Source: an uncultured Gemmatimonadales bacterium (lineage in GTDB: Bacteria > Gemmatimonadota > Gemmatimonadetes > Gemmatimonadales > GWC2-71-9). From it: 64,000 bases of DNA. A model generated the notes under the pieces. The model had not been told where the DNA came from, did not search any database, and was given only the letters and a program-made list of their open reading frames with translations. The stretch covers positions 224,001-288,000 of the forward strand of contig CAVYSW010000003.1 in assembly GCA_963771275.1 (NCBI GenBank), read 5' to 3'. Shown here one piece after another: positions 51,605 to 59,892 of this stretch (its first letter is position 1; each line of letters starts with the position of its first letter). A program made the translations under genes and the position numbers.

Positions 51605-52885
51605 TCATCGGCCGGCGCTCTCCAACTGACGGATCTTGAGGACGAGGCCGGTGATCAGCAGGACGATGATGCCCGTGGATACACCGAGCCCGATACGGCG
51701 GAACCGGAGGTCGCTCAGCGCAGCATGGCCCCACTTGACGGCGGTCGCCGTGATCACCAAGCCCTCGTCGACGTGTCGCGACACGGAGTCGGTCACGAAC
51801 GTGTGCACCGCGTTCCGCGCCTGCAGGAGGGTCGTCCGCGCGTTGCGGAGATCGAACTGCGGCTGGCTGACCTCCATGCCCGCATGCTCGGCGGCGGCCA
51901 GCAGCGAGTCGGCCGTCGCATAGTCGGTGCGCAGCGAGTCGATCGCGCTCCGCATCGCCGCTGCCGTGATCCCGCCACCCGCCCCCGCGACGTGGCAGCG
52001 ACCGCAGACCGACCCCGCCGCGACCCCGAGCATCGTGTCGGACGTGACCGTGATCGCGTGATTGCCGTGGCAGCCGACGCAGCCGGGCACACCGAGCTTC
52101 GTGAAGATCGACGAGTGCGGGCTCGCCGCGAAGTAGTCCGCCATCACGGAGTGGCACTGCCCGCACACGTTGCCCACCCAGCCGACGCCGGGGGGGGCCG
52201 CCCCATGATTGCCGTGGCAGTCGTTGCACGTCGGGGCCGAGCGGTCGCCGTCCACGGACAGGGCGTGCCAGTGCACGCTCTGCTCGTAGCGCTCCAGCTG
52301 ATCGGTCGGGATCCCGTAGTCACGCATGTAGGTCGTATCGGCATGACACGCGCCGCACGTGCGGGCGACGTTCACGGGGTTCACGCTGGAGCGGGGGTCA
52401 TTGGGCGGGCGAATGCGATGCGCGGGGTGGCAGCTCACACAGGTGGCGACTTTCCGATCCGCCATCCCGAGCAGCCGCTGGCCGTGGACCGACGTGGCGT
52501 ATTCCGCCGCCTGGTCCACGCGCAAGGCCGGATTGTACTGCCGCATGAACGCCGCGTCCGAGTGACACCGGCCGCAGACCTGGATGACCTGGCGCCCCAC
52601 GGGCCGACCCACGAACCCCTTGGCGGGGTCCATCGCGCCGAACCCGGCCACGGTGGGATCGCCGCCGTGGCAATCCGCGCAGCTGAAGCCGCGGGCCGCG
52701 TGAATGTCCTCCTGGAACGCCTTGACCGGCGCGGAAAGCCGCTCGACGGTCAGCATCTCATGACATGACCGACAGCTGTCTTCGCCACCACCCTGCGCCG
52801 CGGCGGGTCGCACCGCAACCACCGTCCCGATCGTCACCAGCAGCGGGAGCCACGGGGCTCCCCGCCCGGCATACGCGTTGTTCAT
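51605..52885 (-). CDS. Membrane-anchored multiheme cytochrome c (9 CxxCH)
   Basis: Signal peptide; CRSCH, CADCH, CGRCH, CVSCH, CGACH, CNDCH, CGQCH, CVGCH, CGRCH; C-terminal TM helix. Confidence 0.9.
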   Translation of the reverse strand: MNNAYAGRGAPWLPLLVTIGTVVAVRPAAAQGGGEDSCRSCHEMLTVERLSAPVKAFQEDIHAARGFSCADCHGGDPTVAGFGAMDPAKGFVGRPVGRQVIQVCGRCHSDAAFMRQYNPALRVDQAAEYATSVHGQRLLGMADRKVATCVSCHPAHRIRPPNDPRSSVNPVNVARTCGACHADTTYMRDYGIPTDQLERYEQSVHWHALSVDGDRSAPTCNDCHGNHGAAPPGVGWVGNVCGQCHSVMADYFAASPHSSIFTKLGVPGCVGCHGNHAITVTSDTMLGVAAGSVCGRCHVAGAGGGITAAAMRSAIDSLRTDYATADSLLAAAEHAGMEVSQPQFDLRNARTTLLQARNAVHTFVTDSVSRHVDEGLVITATAVKWGHAALSDLRFRRIGLGVSTGIIVLLITGLVLKIRQLESAGR

Positions 52886-54075
52886 CGTCCGCGCCCCTGC
52901 GTCGCAAAGTAGGCCACCAGGTCCGCGACCGCCCCCGGCTCGAGGGTGGGCCACGTCCGACTCCACGTGCTCTCCGGCAGCGCCACGTGATTCCAGAGCG
53001 CCGCGAGCACGGCCGCCCGGGTGCCGAGCCCCAAGCGCCCGGCGAGATCCCCCGCGCCGCCCGCTCCCGGCCCGCCGAACCCGTGGCACGACAGGCATCC
53101 TGCGGAGCGCAGCCGGTCGCGCCCGCGGGCCGCGCTGCCTTCCCCGGCCAGATACTGCGTCGTGCCAAGATACGCGACGAGGTCCGCCATCTCGGCGCCC
53201 GCGAGCTCCGGCACCGCGATGCCCGCCGTTCGCATCGCCTGGATCATCCCCGGGCTCTTGTTCCACATCGCGGCGGCGAACGCCATCGGGTCGCGGCGCG
53301 GCACCGCACCGAGGTCCGGTCCCCGGGTGCCGCCCTCGCCGCCGACCCGGTGACACCGGACACAGCCTTTCGTGCGGAACAGCGCACGCCCCGCGTCGGC
53401 GTTTCCGGGAAGCACGTTCACGGCGCCAGCCTCGGGAGACGGGCTACCAGCCCGCAGGAACGCGAGCAGGTCGTCCAAGTCCTGCCCGGTGAGGGCGGGC
53501 CGGGCGATGCCCCGTTCCTGCATCTCGTGCTCCATCGTCGCGGCGTGGTTCCAGAACGCTGCCGCGATGTCGATCGGCGACTCCGCGCGCAGACCGTCGA
53601 GCCGCGGGCCGATCACCCCGCCGATCCCGCGCGCCTGATGGCACATGATGCAGCGCTTCTCGCTGAACAGGCGGTGCCCCGCGGCGGAATCGCCGCGCGG
53701 GCTCACGTAGCCGGCCCAGAACAGGAACGCGACGAGATCCGCCGCCTCCCACGGGGCCACATGCGGGGCGGCCGCGCCGGTCGCCCGCATCCGCGACGCC
53801 ATGGCGGGGAGGTGGTTCCACATGAGCGCGGCCAGCCCGTAGACCGACGCGACCCCCCCTACACGGCCCAGATCGGGACCGATCGTCGCCCCGACTCCAT
53901 TGATCGCGTGGCACCCACTGCATCCCTTGGCCCCGAACACGCGTGCGCCCGCCGCGACATTCTGCGCCGGGGTCGTCGCCTCCTGGGCCGATGCGCTGCG
54001 CGGGACCAGCACACTGCAGGCGGCCGCGACCGCCAGGCCGCGGGCCATTCGCGCCGGATGCGAGGAAAAGGGCAT
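52882..54075 (-). CDS. Cytochrome c with four tandem monoheme domains
   Basis: Signal peptide; CSGCH, CIMCH, CVRCH, CLSCH, each followed by a WNH/WNK motif. Confidence 0.88.
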   Translation of the reverse strand: MPFSSHPARMARGLAVAAACSVLVPRSASAQEATTPAQNVAAGARVFGAKGCSGCHAINGVGATIGPDLGRVGGVASVYGLAALMWNHLPAMASRMRATGAAAPHVAPWEAADLVAFLFWAGYVSPRGDSAAGHRLFSEKRCIMCHQARGIGGVIGPRLDGLRAESPIDIAAAFWNHAATMEHEMQERGIARPALTGQDLDDLLAFLRAGSPSPEAGAVNVLPGNADAGRALFRTKGCVRCHRVGGEGGTRGPDLGAVPRRDPMAFAAAMWNKSPGMIQAMRTAGIAVPELAGAEMADLVAYLGTTQYLAGEGSAARGRDRLRSAGCLSCHGFGGPGAGGAGDLAGRLGLGTRAAVLAALWNHVALPESTWSRTWPTLEPGAVADLVAYFATQGRGR

Positions 54076-54184
54076 GTCACCCCCAAGATTGAAGCTCGCG
54101 TCGGGCAAACTTCGGGCGGGGTGGAACGGGGGCAAGTCTCGCTTGCCCCACTGGGTTCGCGCAAGAGGCCCGGCGACCGATGCG

Positions 54185-54952
54185 CTACGACGCCTGCACC
54201 GGACGGCTGGGCCAGGCCGCGGCGAGCAGGGCCGGCAACGCCTCGCCTGCGCGACCCACCACGTGGTGAATGCGCGGGCCGCTGCGCTGGCCCACAACTA
54301 CGGTGTTGATCACGATGACCTCCGCGCCCGCCGCCGCCGCGTGCCACGGCAGCGCCGCGGCGGGCTCGACGAGGTTGGAGGTCCCGACCGACAGGAAGAC
54401 ATCGCACACCGACGCCGCATCCCACGCGGCGCGCAGCGCCTCGGCCGGCACCGGCTCCCCGAACCACACGACGTCGGGCCGGAGCGGGGCCCCGCACGCC
54501 ACGCAGCGGGGCGGCACCTCCGGCCCGTCCGCCCAGCGCTCGACGACGCTGCCGTCGCGCGTGCAGCGCGCGCGCAGGATGTTCCCGTGCAGCTCGAGCA
54601 CGCGCGTGCTCCCGGCCCGCTGGTGCAGGCCGTCGACGTTCTGCGTCACGAGCACACAGGCCGGGGCGAGGCGCTCGAGCTGCGCGAGGGCGCGGTGGCC
54701 GGCATTCGGCTCGGCGTGCTGCACGATCGCGCGCCGCCAGGCGTACCACTCCCACACCAGCCGCGGGTCCCGGGCGAACGCCTCCGGCGTCGCGAGGTCC
54801 TCCGGCCGGTAGCGCGCCCACAGTCCGGTGAGCGCGTCGCGGAACGTGGGAATGCCGCTCTCCGCCGAGATGCCGGCGCCGGTGAGGACGGCAACGTGCC
54901 GCGCCGCGCGCAGCCGGTCCGCGCAGGCCGTGAGGACCGGGTCATCCATCAC
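54185..54952 (-). CDS. cobB: NAD-dependent deacylase (class III sirtuin)
   Basis: GAGISAESGIPTFR, WYAWRR, TQNVDGLH, LHG, RPDVVWFGE, GTS. Confidence 0.93.
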   Translation of the reverse strand: MMDDPVLTACADRLRAARHVAVLTGAGISAESGIPTFRDALTGLWARYRPEDLATPEAFARDPRLVWEWYAWRRAIVQHAEPNAGHRALAQLERLAPACVLVTQNVDGLHQRAGSTRVLELHGNILRARCTRDGSVVERWADGPEVPPRCVACGAPLRPDVVWFGEPVPAEALRAAWDAASVCDVFLSVGTSNLVEPAAALPWHAAAAGAEVIVINTVVVGQRSGPRIHHVVGRAGEALPALLAAAWPSRPVQAS

Positions 54953-55575
54953 GCCCCAGCCACCCGCTTGACGGCCAGCACCTGCACCACGGCGCCGCGG
55001 CCGTGGTGGCGCGGCCCTTCGCGGATGTCGCGCTCGATCTCACGGCCGATCACCACCTCGAGCCCGGCGAGCTCACGCCGGGCATCGGCGAGCGTGATGA
55101 GCAGCTCGGCCCGGCTCGGGCCCCCGGTGCCGAAGTGCAGCTGGCGCGGGGTGTACGCTTCGAGCACCAGCGCGCCGCCGGGCCGGAGCGCCCGCCCGAC
55201 CGCGGGGTAGAGCCGCGCCCGGATCTCCGGAGGCAGGTGGCAGAAGATCGACGTGACCGCGGCGAACGCGTGGTGCGGAATCGGGAACGCCGCGAGATCG
55301 GCGACCACCGCGGCGAGCCCGAGCCCCCGCTCCGCGGCGAGCCGCCCGGCCTTGGCAAGGCCGACGCGGGAGCGGTCCACGGCGACCACCCGGTGACCGC
55401 GCGCGGCCAGGAACGCTGCGTTGCGTCCCTCGCCCTCGCCGAGGCACAGGACCGGGCCCGGTGGCAGCCGCGGTGCCATCTCGACCAGGAAATCGTTCGG
55501 GGCCGTCCCGTATACGAAGCCGGGCGCCGCATAGCGCTCGTCCCACTCGGTCAGCTGCCGCCCGCGGCCGTTCAC
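54949..55575 (-). CDS. Class I SAM-dependent methyltransferase
   Basis: WDERY..YG..PNDFL, LCLGEGEGRNA, LRPGG; GTG 55575. Confidence 0.88.
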   Translation of the reverse strand: MNGRGRQLTEWDERYAAPGFVYGTAPNDFLVEMAPRLPPGPVLCLGEGEGRNAAFLAARGHRVVAVDRSRVGLAKAGRLAAERGLGLAAVVADLAAFPIPHHAFAAVTSIFCHLPPEIRARLYPAVGRALRPGGALVLEAYTPRQLHFGTGGPSRAELLITLADARRELAGLEVVIGREIERDIREGPRHHGRGAVVQVLAVKRVAGA

Positions 55576-55588
55576 CCGGTGCCCCCTG

Positions 55589-57001
55589 TCACGGGAAGGC
55601 GGGCGCCGCATCCCGAATGCGCCGCCACGCCGCCTCCACGTGCGCGCGTTGCGTGAGCGGGGCGCCAAGCGCGAGGCGCAGCACGAGCCGATCGCGCAGG
55701 CGGGTGTGCGTGAGGTACAGCGCGCCCGAGGCGTTGAGCGTATCGAGCAGCCGCTGGTTCACGGCGTCGCCACCCCGATGGCGGAAGCACACCAGATTCA
55801 CGACCACGGGCGCGGCGACCTCGAACCGCGGATCGTCCCGGACCCAGCCGGCGAACGCCTGCGCGAGGGCCACGTGGTGCCGGATGTGCCGTTGCAGACC
55901 CGCCACGCCGTACCAGCGGATCACGAACCAGAGCTTGAGCGCGCGGAACCGCCGCCCCAGGGGCACCTGCCAGTCGCGGTAATCGAGCACCGCCCCCGAC
56001 TCGGTGGCCTTGTTTTTCAGGTACTCCGGCAGGATGGAGAGCGCGCGGATCAGCGCGGCGCGGTCCGCCACATAGAAGCAGTCGCAGTCGAAGTTCGTGA
56101 GCAGCCACTTGTGGGGGTTGACGCAGTAGCTGTCCGCCAACTCCAGGCCGTCGTGTAGCCAGCGGAACTCGGGACAGATCGCGGCGTTTCCGGCAAGCGC
56201 GCCGTCCACGTGGAGCCAGACCCCGTGCCGGCGGCAGACTTCGCCGAGCGGGCGCACGGGGTCGACCGCGGTGCTCGACGTGGTGCCCACGGTGGCAACG
56301 ACGCAGCAGGGCGCGCGGCCGGCCGCGCGATCCTCGCCCAGCGCCGTGTCGAGCGCCTCCGGGCGCATGGCGCCAGCGGCGTCAACGGCAATGCGTCGCA
56401 GGTTGCGCCGGCCAAGGCCCGCGATGCCCACGGCCTTTTCCACCGAAGAGTGCGACTCGCTCGTCGCATAGACCGTGAGCGGACCAGTCACACCGGTCTC
56501 GTTGGCGGCGCCGCCGGTAGCGCGCTCGCGGGCGGCGAGCAGGGCGCAGAGCGTGGCGCTCGACGCGGTATCCTGGATCACCCCGCCGCCCGCCGTGCGG
56601 GACGTGAAGCGCTCCGGCAGGCCGAGCATCCCGGCCATCCAGTCGAGCACGTGGGTCTCGAGCTCCGTGCAGGCCGGGCTGGTGGCCCAGAGCATCCCCT
56701 GTACGCCGAGGCCGGACGCCACCAGGTCGCCCAGGATCGCCGGCCCCGAGGCGTTGGCCGGGAAGTAGGCGAAGAAATTGGGGGACTGCCAGTGCGTGAT
56801 GCCCGGCAGGATCACGCGGTCGAGGTCGCGCAGGATCTCGTCGAACGCCTCGCCGTGCTCCGGGGGCGCGGGCGGCAGCGCGGCCCGGACGTCGCCCGGC
56901 CGGACGCGCGACAGCACCGGGAACTCGTGCACCCGCTCCATGTAGCGCGCGACCCACTCGACCGCTTCCCGGCCGCGCCGCCGGAACTCGTCCGGGGTCA
57001 T
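55589..57001 (-). CDS. PLP-dependent aromatic-L-amino-acid decarboxylase (group II)
   Basis: PGITHWQSPNFFAYF, HVDGA, NPHKW, RDWQVPLGRRFRALKLWF. Confidence 0.92.
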   Translation of the reverse strand: MTPDEFRRRGREAVEWVARYMERVHEFPVLSRVRPGDVRAALPPAPPEHGEAFDEILRDLDRVILPGITHWQSPNFFAYFPANASGPAILGDLVASGLGVQGMLWATSPACTELETHVLDWMAGMLGLPERFTSRTAGGGVIQDTASSATLCALLAARERATGGAANETGVTGPLTVYATSESHSSVEKAVGIAGLGRRNLRRIAVDAAGAMRPEALDTALGEDRAAGRAPCCVVATVGTTSSTAVDPVRPLGEVCRRHGVWLHVDGALAGNAAICPEFRWLHDGLELADSYCVNPHKWLLTNFDCDCFYVADRAALIRALSILPEYLKNKATESGAVLDYRDWQVPLGRRFRALKLWFVIRWYGVAGLQRHIRHHVALAQAFAGWVRDDPRFEVAAPVVVNLVCFRHRGGDAVNQRLLDTLNASGALYLTHTRLRDRLVLRLALGAPLTQRAHVEAAWRRIRDAAPAFP

Positions 57002-57017
57002 GTGGGGCGCGCCGGAG

Positions 57018-58361
57018 TCAGGCACCGCCGCCGCCTGTCGGTTGCGGCGCGCCCGCGGCGAGCGCGGCCTGCCGCCGTCCCAGCCACAGCGCGATCGCCA
57101 GCCAGGCCGCGGCGAGCGGCACCATCACCCAGGAGATCGCCGCGATCCCGAGACCCAGGGCACCCACGAGCAGCCGGTCATACGACCACGCCGCCGTCTG
57201 GTCGCCGACCCGGTAGACGAGCGTGTCGTTGAAGTTCTTCGCCTTGTACTTGTCCTCGCGCGAGACGACGGTGTAGAGCGCTTCCCGAGCGGGACGCCCC
57301 ACCGCATACTCTCCGGCGCGCCGCAGCACCTGGAACACGACGAAGACGGCCAGCGTGGGCCAGATGCCGAGCGCGACGAAGCCGGCGGCGGTGAGCAGCG
57401 GCAGCAGGCCGAGCGTCAGCGGCAGGCCGAGCCACCGGATGATCCGGCCGGTGAGAAACACCTGGGTGAGCGCGGCGAGCATGTTGACCCAGAGATCGAT
57501 CCGCGCGAAGAACACCGTGCGGGCCGCCCGGTCCGCGAACGCCTCGGCGAATCGGGCCTGGTGGAAGTACAGCGCGGTCGAGCCGATGGTGTACAGCAGC
57601 ATGTACAGCGCGATGCCCAGGAGATAGGGCGAGCGCAACACGTGCAGCACGCCGGCAAAGGTGCTGCCGCCGATCGGGCGCTCGGGATCGGCGGCCGGTG
57701 TCGCAACGCGCGACACCCCCGTCCCGGGCGCGATCAGCCGCCCGGCGCACTGCACGGCGAGCTCGAGCAGCACCGCCGAGACGAGCAGCAGCTGCACCGG
57801 ACCGAGCGGCGCCGCGAGCAACGCCGTGGTCTTGGCGCCGGCTATCGCGCCCACCGTTCCGCCGACAGCGATGAAGCCAAACAGGCGCTTGCCCTGCTCC
57901 GAGCGGAACACGTCGACCAGGACGGCCCAGAGCGTCGACACGATGAACAGATTGAACACGCTGGTCCAGATGAAGAACGCACGGCCCACCCACACCTGTT
58001 GATCCGCCGGCACCATCCGCAGCAGCGCGAAGAACAGCAGCACGTTGAGCAGGAAGAACCGGTAGGTCAGCGTGACGAAGCGCCGGCGCGGCAGCCGGGC
58101 CACGAGGGCCGCAAACGGCGTGTGCAGCAGGAGCATCGCGACGACCGTGCCCAGGAACAGCCAGGGCAGGTTCCGCACGCCTCCGGCGACCCCCATTTCG
58201 TCCCGCAGCGGCCGGATGACGTAGTACGAGGCGAGCACGAAGAAGAAGTACGCCGCCGAGAGCAGCAGCGGCCGCAGCTCGTCCGGCCGCACGGCGACCA
58301 TGCGGCTCACGACGCGGCCGACGGGGCCGTGCCCGTCGGACCAAGTCCGCTCAGCCGCCAC
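57018..58361 (-). CDS. MFS transporter, NTP/NDP exchange (TLC-like) family
   Basis: YYVIRPLRDEMG, QGKRLFG, REDKYKAKN..DT.VYR.GD; ~12 TM; start uncertain. Confidence 0.8.
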   Translation of the reverse strand: MAAERTWSDGHGPVGRVVSRMVAVRPDELRPLLLSAAYFFFVLASYYVIRPLRDEMGVAGGVRNLPWLFLGTVVAMLLLHTPFAALVARLPRRRFVTLTYRFFLLNVLLFFALLRMVPADQQVWVGRAFFIWTSVFNLFIVSTLWAVLVDVFRSEQGKRLFGFIAVGGTVGAIAGAKTTALLAAPLGPVQLLLVSAVLLELAVQCAGRLIAPGTGVSRVATPAADPERPIGGSTFAGVLHVLRSPYLLGIALYMLLYTIGSTALYFHQARFAEAFADRAARTVFFARIDLWVNMLAALTQVFLTGRIIRWLGLPLTLGLLPLLTAAGFVALGIWPTLAVFVVFQVLRRAGEYAVGRPAREALYTVVSREDKYKAKNFNDTLVYRVGDQTAAWSYDRLLVGALGLGIAAISWVMVPLAAAWLAIALWLGRRQAALAAGAPQPTGGGGA

Positions 58362-58572
58362 AGGCGTGCCCGGCCGCCGCGGCGGCGTACCCGAACGACT
58401 CCCTGCGGCTCGTCGCCATGCATCTTCTCCGGGGGTCTGGTGGATCAGAAGTGTGCACCGGAACATGCAGGAACGTCAGGCCCCGGCCTGCTTCCCGGCC
58501 GGCGCCTGACGTTCGAGGTATTGCTGCGGCAGGGCCCACGCGGGCGCCACCGGTCCTACGGCTGCGACGCGA

Positions 58573-58980
58573 TCAGGTCTTGGGTGCGGCGTGGCACAGG
58601 GTGCAGGTCTTCACATCCCAGCCCTTGTGGTTCGCCGGAGCCGCCTTGATCCCCTCCATCGCGCCACCGTGGCACATCAGGCACTGTTCCTTGCCGGCCG
58701 GGGAGTGCGCCATCGCGGGCGCGGCCGCCGTCTGCATCGGCGAGTCCTTGGCATGGCACATCAGGCACTGGGCGTTGGTACGGCCCTGGTGGTCCTTCGG
58801 GGCCGCCTTGATGCCTTCCATGGCCCCACCGTGACACATCAGGCACTGCTCTTTCCCCGCTGCGTCATGCGCAATCACCGGGGGCTTCTTGGGCGCCGCG
58901 GCCTGTGCCCACGCCGGGGACGCGACAGCGACCGCGGCGAGCGACAGGCCAAAGGCAAACACGATTCTCACGGCCTTCAT
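58573..58980 (-). CDS. Small periplasmic tetraheme cytochrome c with internal duplication
   Basis: Signal peptide (AWA|Q); CLMCH x3 plus CTLCH; four additional His; GAGG RBS. Confidence 0.9.
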   Translation of the reverse strand: MKAVRIVFAFGLSLAAVAVASPAWAQAAAPKKPPVIAHDAAGKEQCLMCHGGAMEGIKAAPKDHQGRTNAQCLMCHAKDSPMQTAAAPAMAHSPAGKEQCLMCHGGAMEGIKAAPANHKGWDVKTCTLCHAAPKT

Positions 58981-59007
58981 TGTCCGGACCCTCCTCAGAA
59001 AGCGTTA

Positions 59008-59066
59008 CATCCGTAAAAAAACGGATGGGGGAGGGGGCACGCAAGGGCCGCGCACACGCCCCCTCC
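59008..59066 (-). terminator. Stem-loop with T-tract, plus a palindrome, between two cytochrome genes
   Basis: GGAGGGGGC/GCCCCCTCC stem followed on the minus strand by CCCATCCG-T7; CATCCGT-N6-ACGGATG inverted repeat. Confidence 0.45.
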
Positions 59067-59082
59067 GTAACCGGGCCAACCT

Positions 59083-59892
59083 TCAGCCGCCGCCCGGGAT
59101 CGCCGACCCGTGGCAAACCGCGCACATCTCGGGGTTCTTCTTTCTCATGCGCTCGGCGTCGAACCCCGGGCCGTGCGGGTTGAAGCGGAACTGCTGATTG
59201 CCGCCATGGCAGGCGAGGCAGTCGTTCTGGGCGTGGCAGGAGACGCAGCTTTCGAGGCTCTGCCGTGCCGCCTGGCCGTGGCCGCCGAGAAACGCCTGGT
59301 TGCGGTCGTGGAATCCTCCGCGCAGCGCGCCCTTGGCGGTGAGACCCGCCTGCTGGTGGCACGACGTGCAGAACTGGCCGGTGTTGTGGCAGTTGGCGCA
59401 CTCTACCTGCTGCGAATACGCCTGCGCGGGGTGCCCGGCGAGGAATCCGGCGGGGTGGTACCCGCTGGCCCGCGCGGGGTTGGGCCGGTGACACTCGAGG
59501 CAGTCGCTCCGGGTGTGGCAGCCGGCGCAGGTTTCGGCATGCGCGGACGCCTGCGCGCCATGGGTCTCCCGGAAATCGGCCACGTGGGACGCCGGGCGGT
59601 GGCGGGAGACCTGGACGCCCATCGCCTTGCCGGATGCGGCGGGGGCGAACCCGTTCGCGACACTCGGGGTCGCCCGGTGGCAGGTCAGACAGCTTTCCTG
59701 CTGGTGACACACCTGGCAGGCCGTCGCGTTCTTGCGCACCGTCGCGCCGTGGGTCTGGAGGAACGCGGGGTCCTTATGCGTGCTGGGGGCGCTGATCTGC
59801 GCGACCAGCGCGGCCGGAGCCAGCAGCGCGAGCGCCGCGACCAGGGTCGCGCCGCGCAGCTGCGCGGCGCGCGGGGTTTGGAGCCGTGTCAT
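59083..59892 (-). CDS. Periplasmic multiheme cytochrome c (9 CxxCH, paired motifs)
   Basis: Signal peptide; four CxxCH-x4/5-CxxCH pairs plus a terminal CAVCH. Confidence 0.9.
   Translation of the reverse strand: MTRLQTPRAAQLRGATLVAALALLAPAALVAQISAPSTHKDPAFLQTHGATVRKNATACQVCHQQESCLTCHRATPSVANGFAPAASGKAMGVQVSRHRPASHVADFRETHGAQASAHAETCAGCHTRSDCLECHRPNPARASGYHPAGFLAGHPAQAYSQQVECANCHNTGQFCTSCHQQAGLTAKGALRGGFHDRNQAFLGGHGQAARQSLESCVSCHAQNDCLACHGGNQQFRFNPHGPGFDAERMRKKNPEMCAVCHGSAIPGGG

Noticed and set aside
40179..54952. Macrodomain plus sirtuin as a SirTM-type ADP-ribosylation pair or defence system
   Set aside because: The genes are about 13.5 kb apart on opposite strands, and the sirtuin has ordinary class III CobB motifs.
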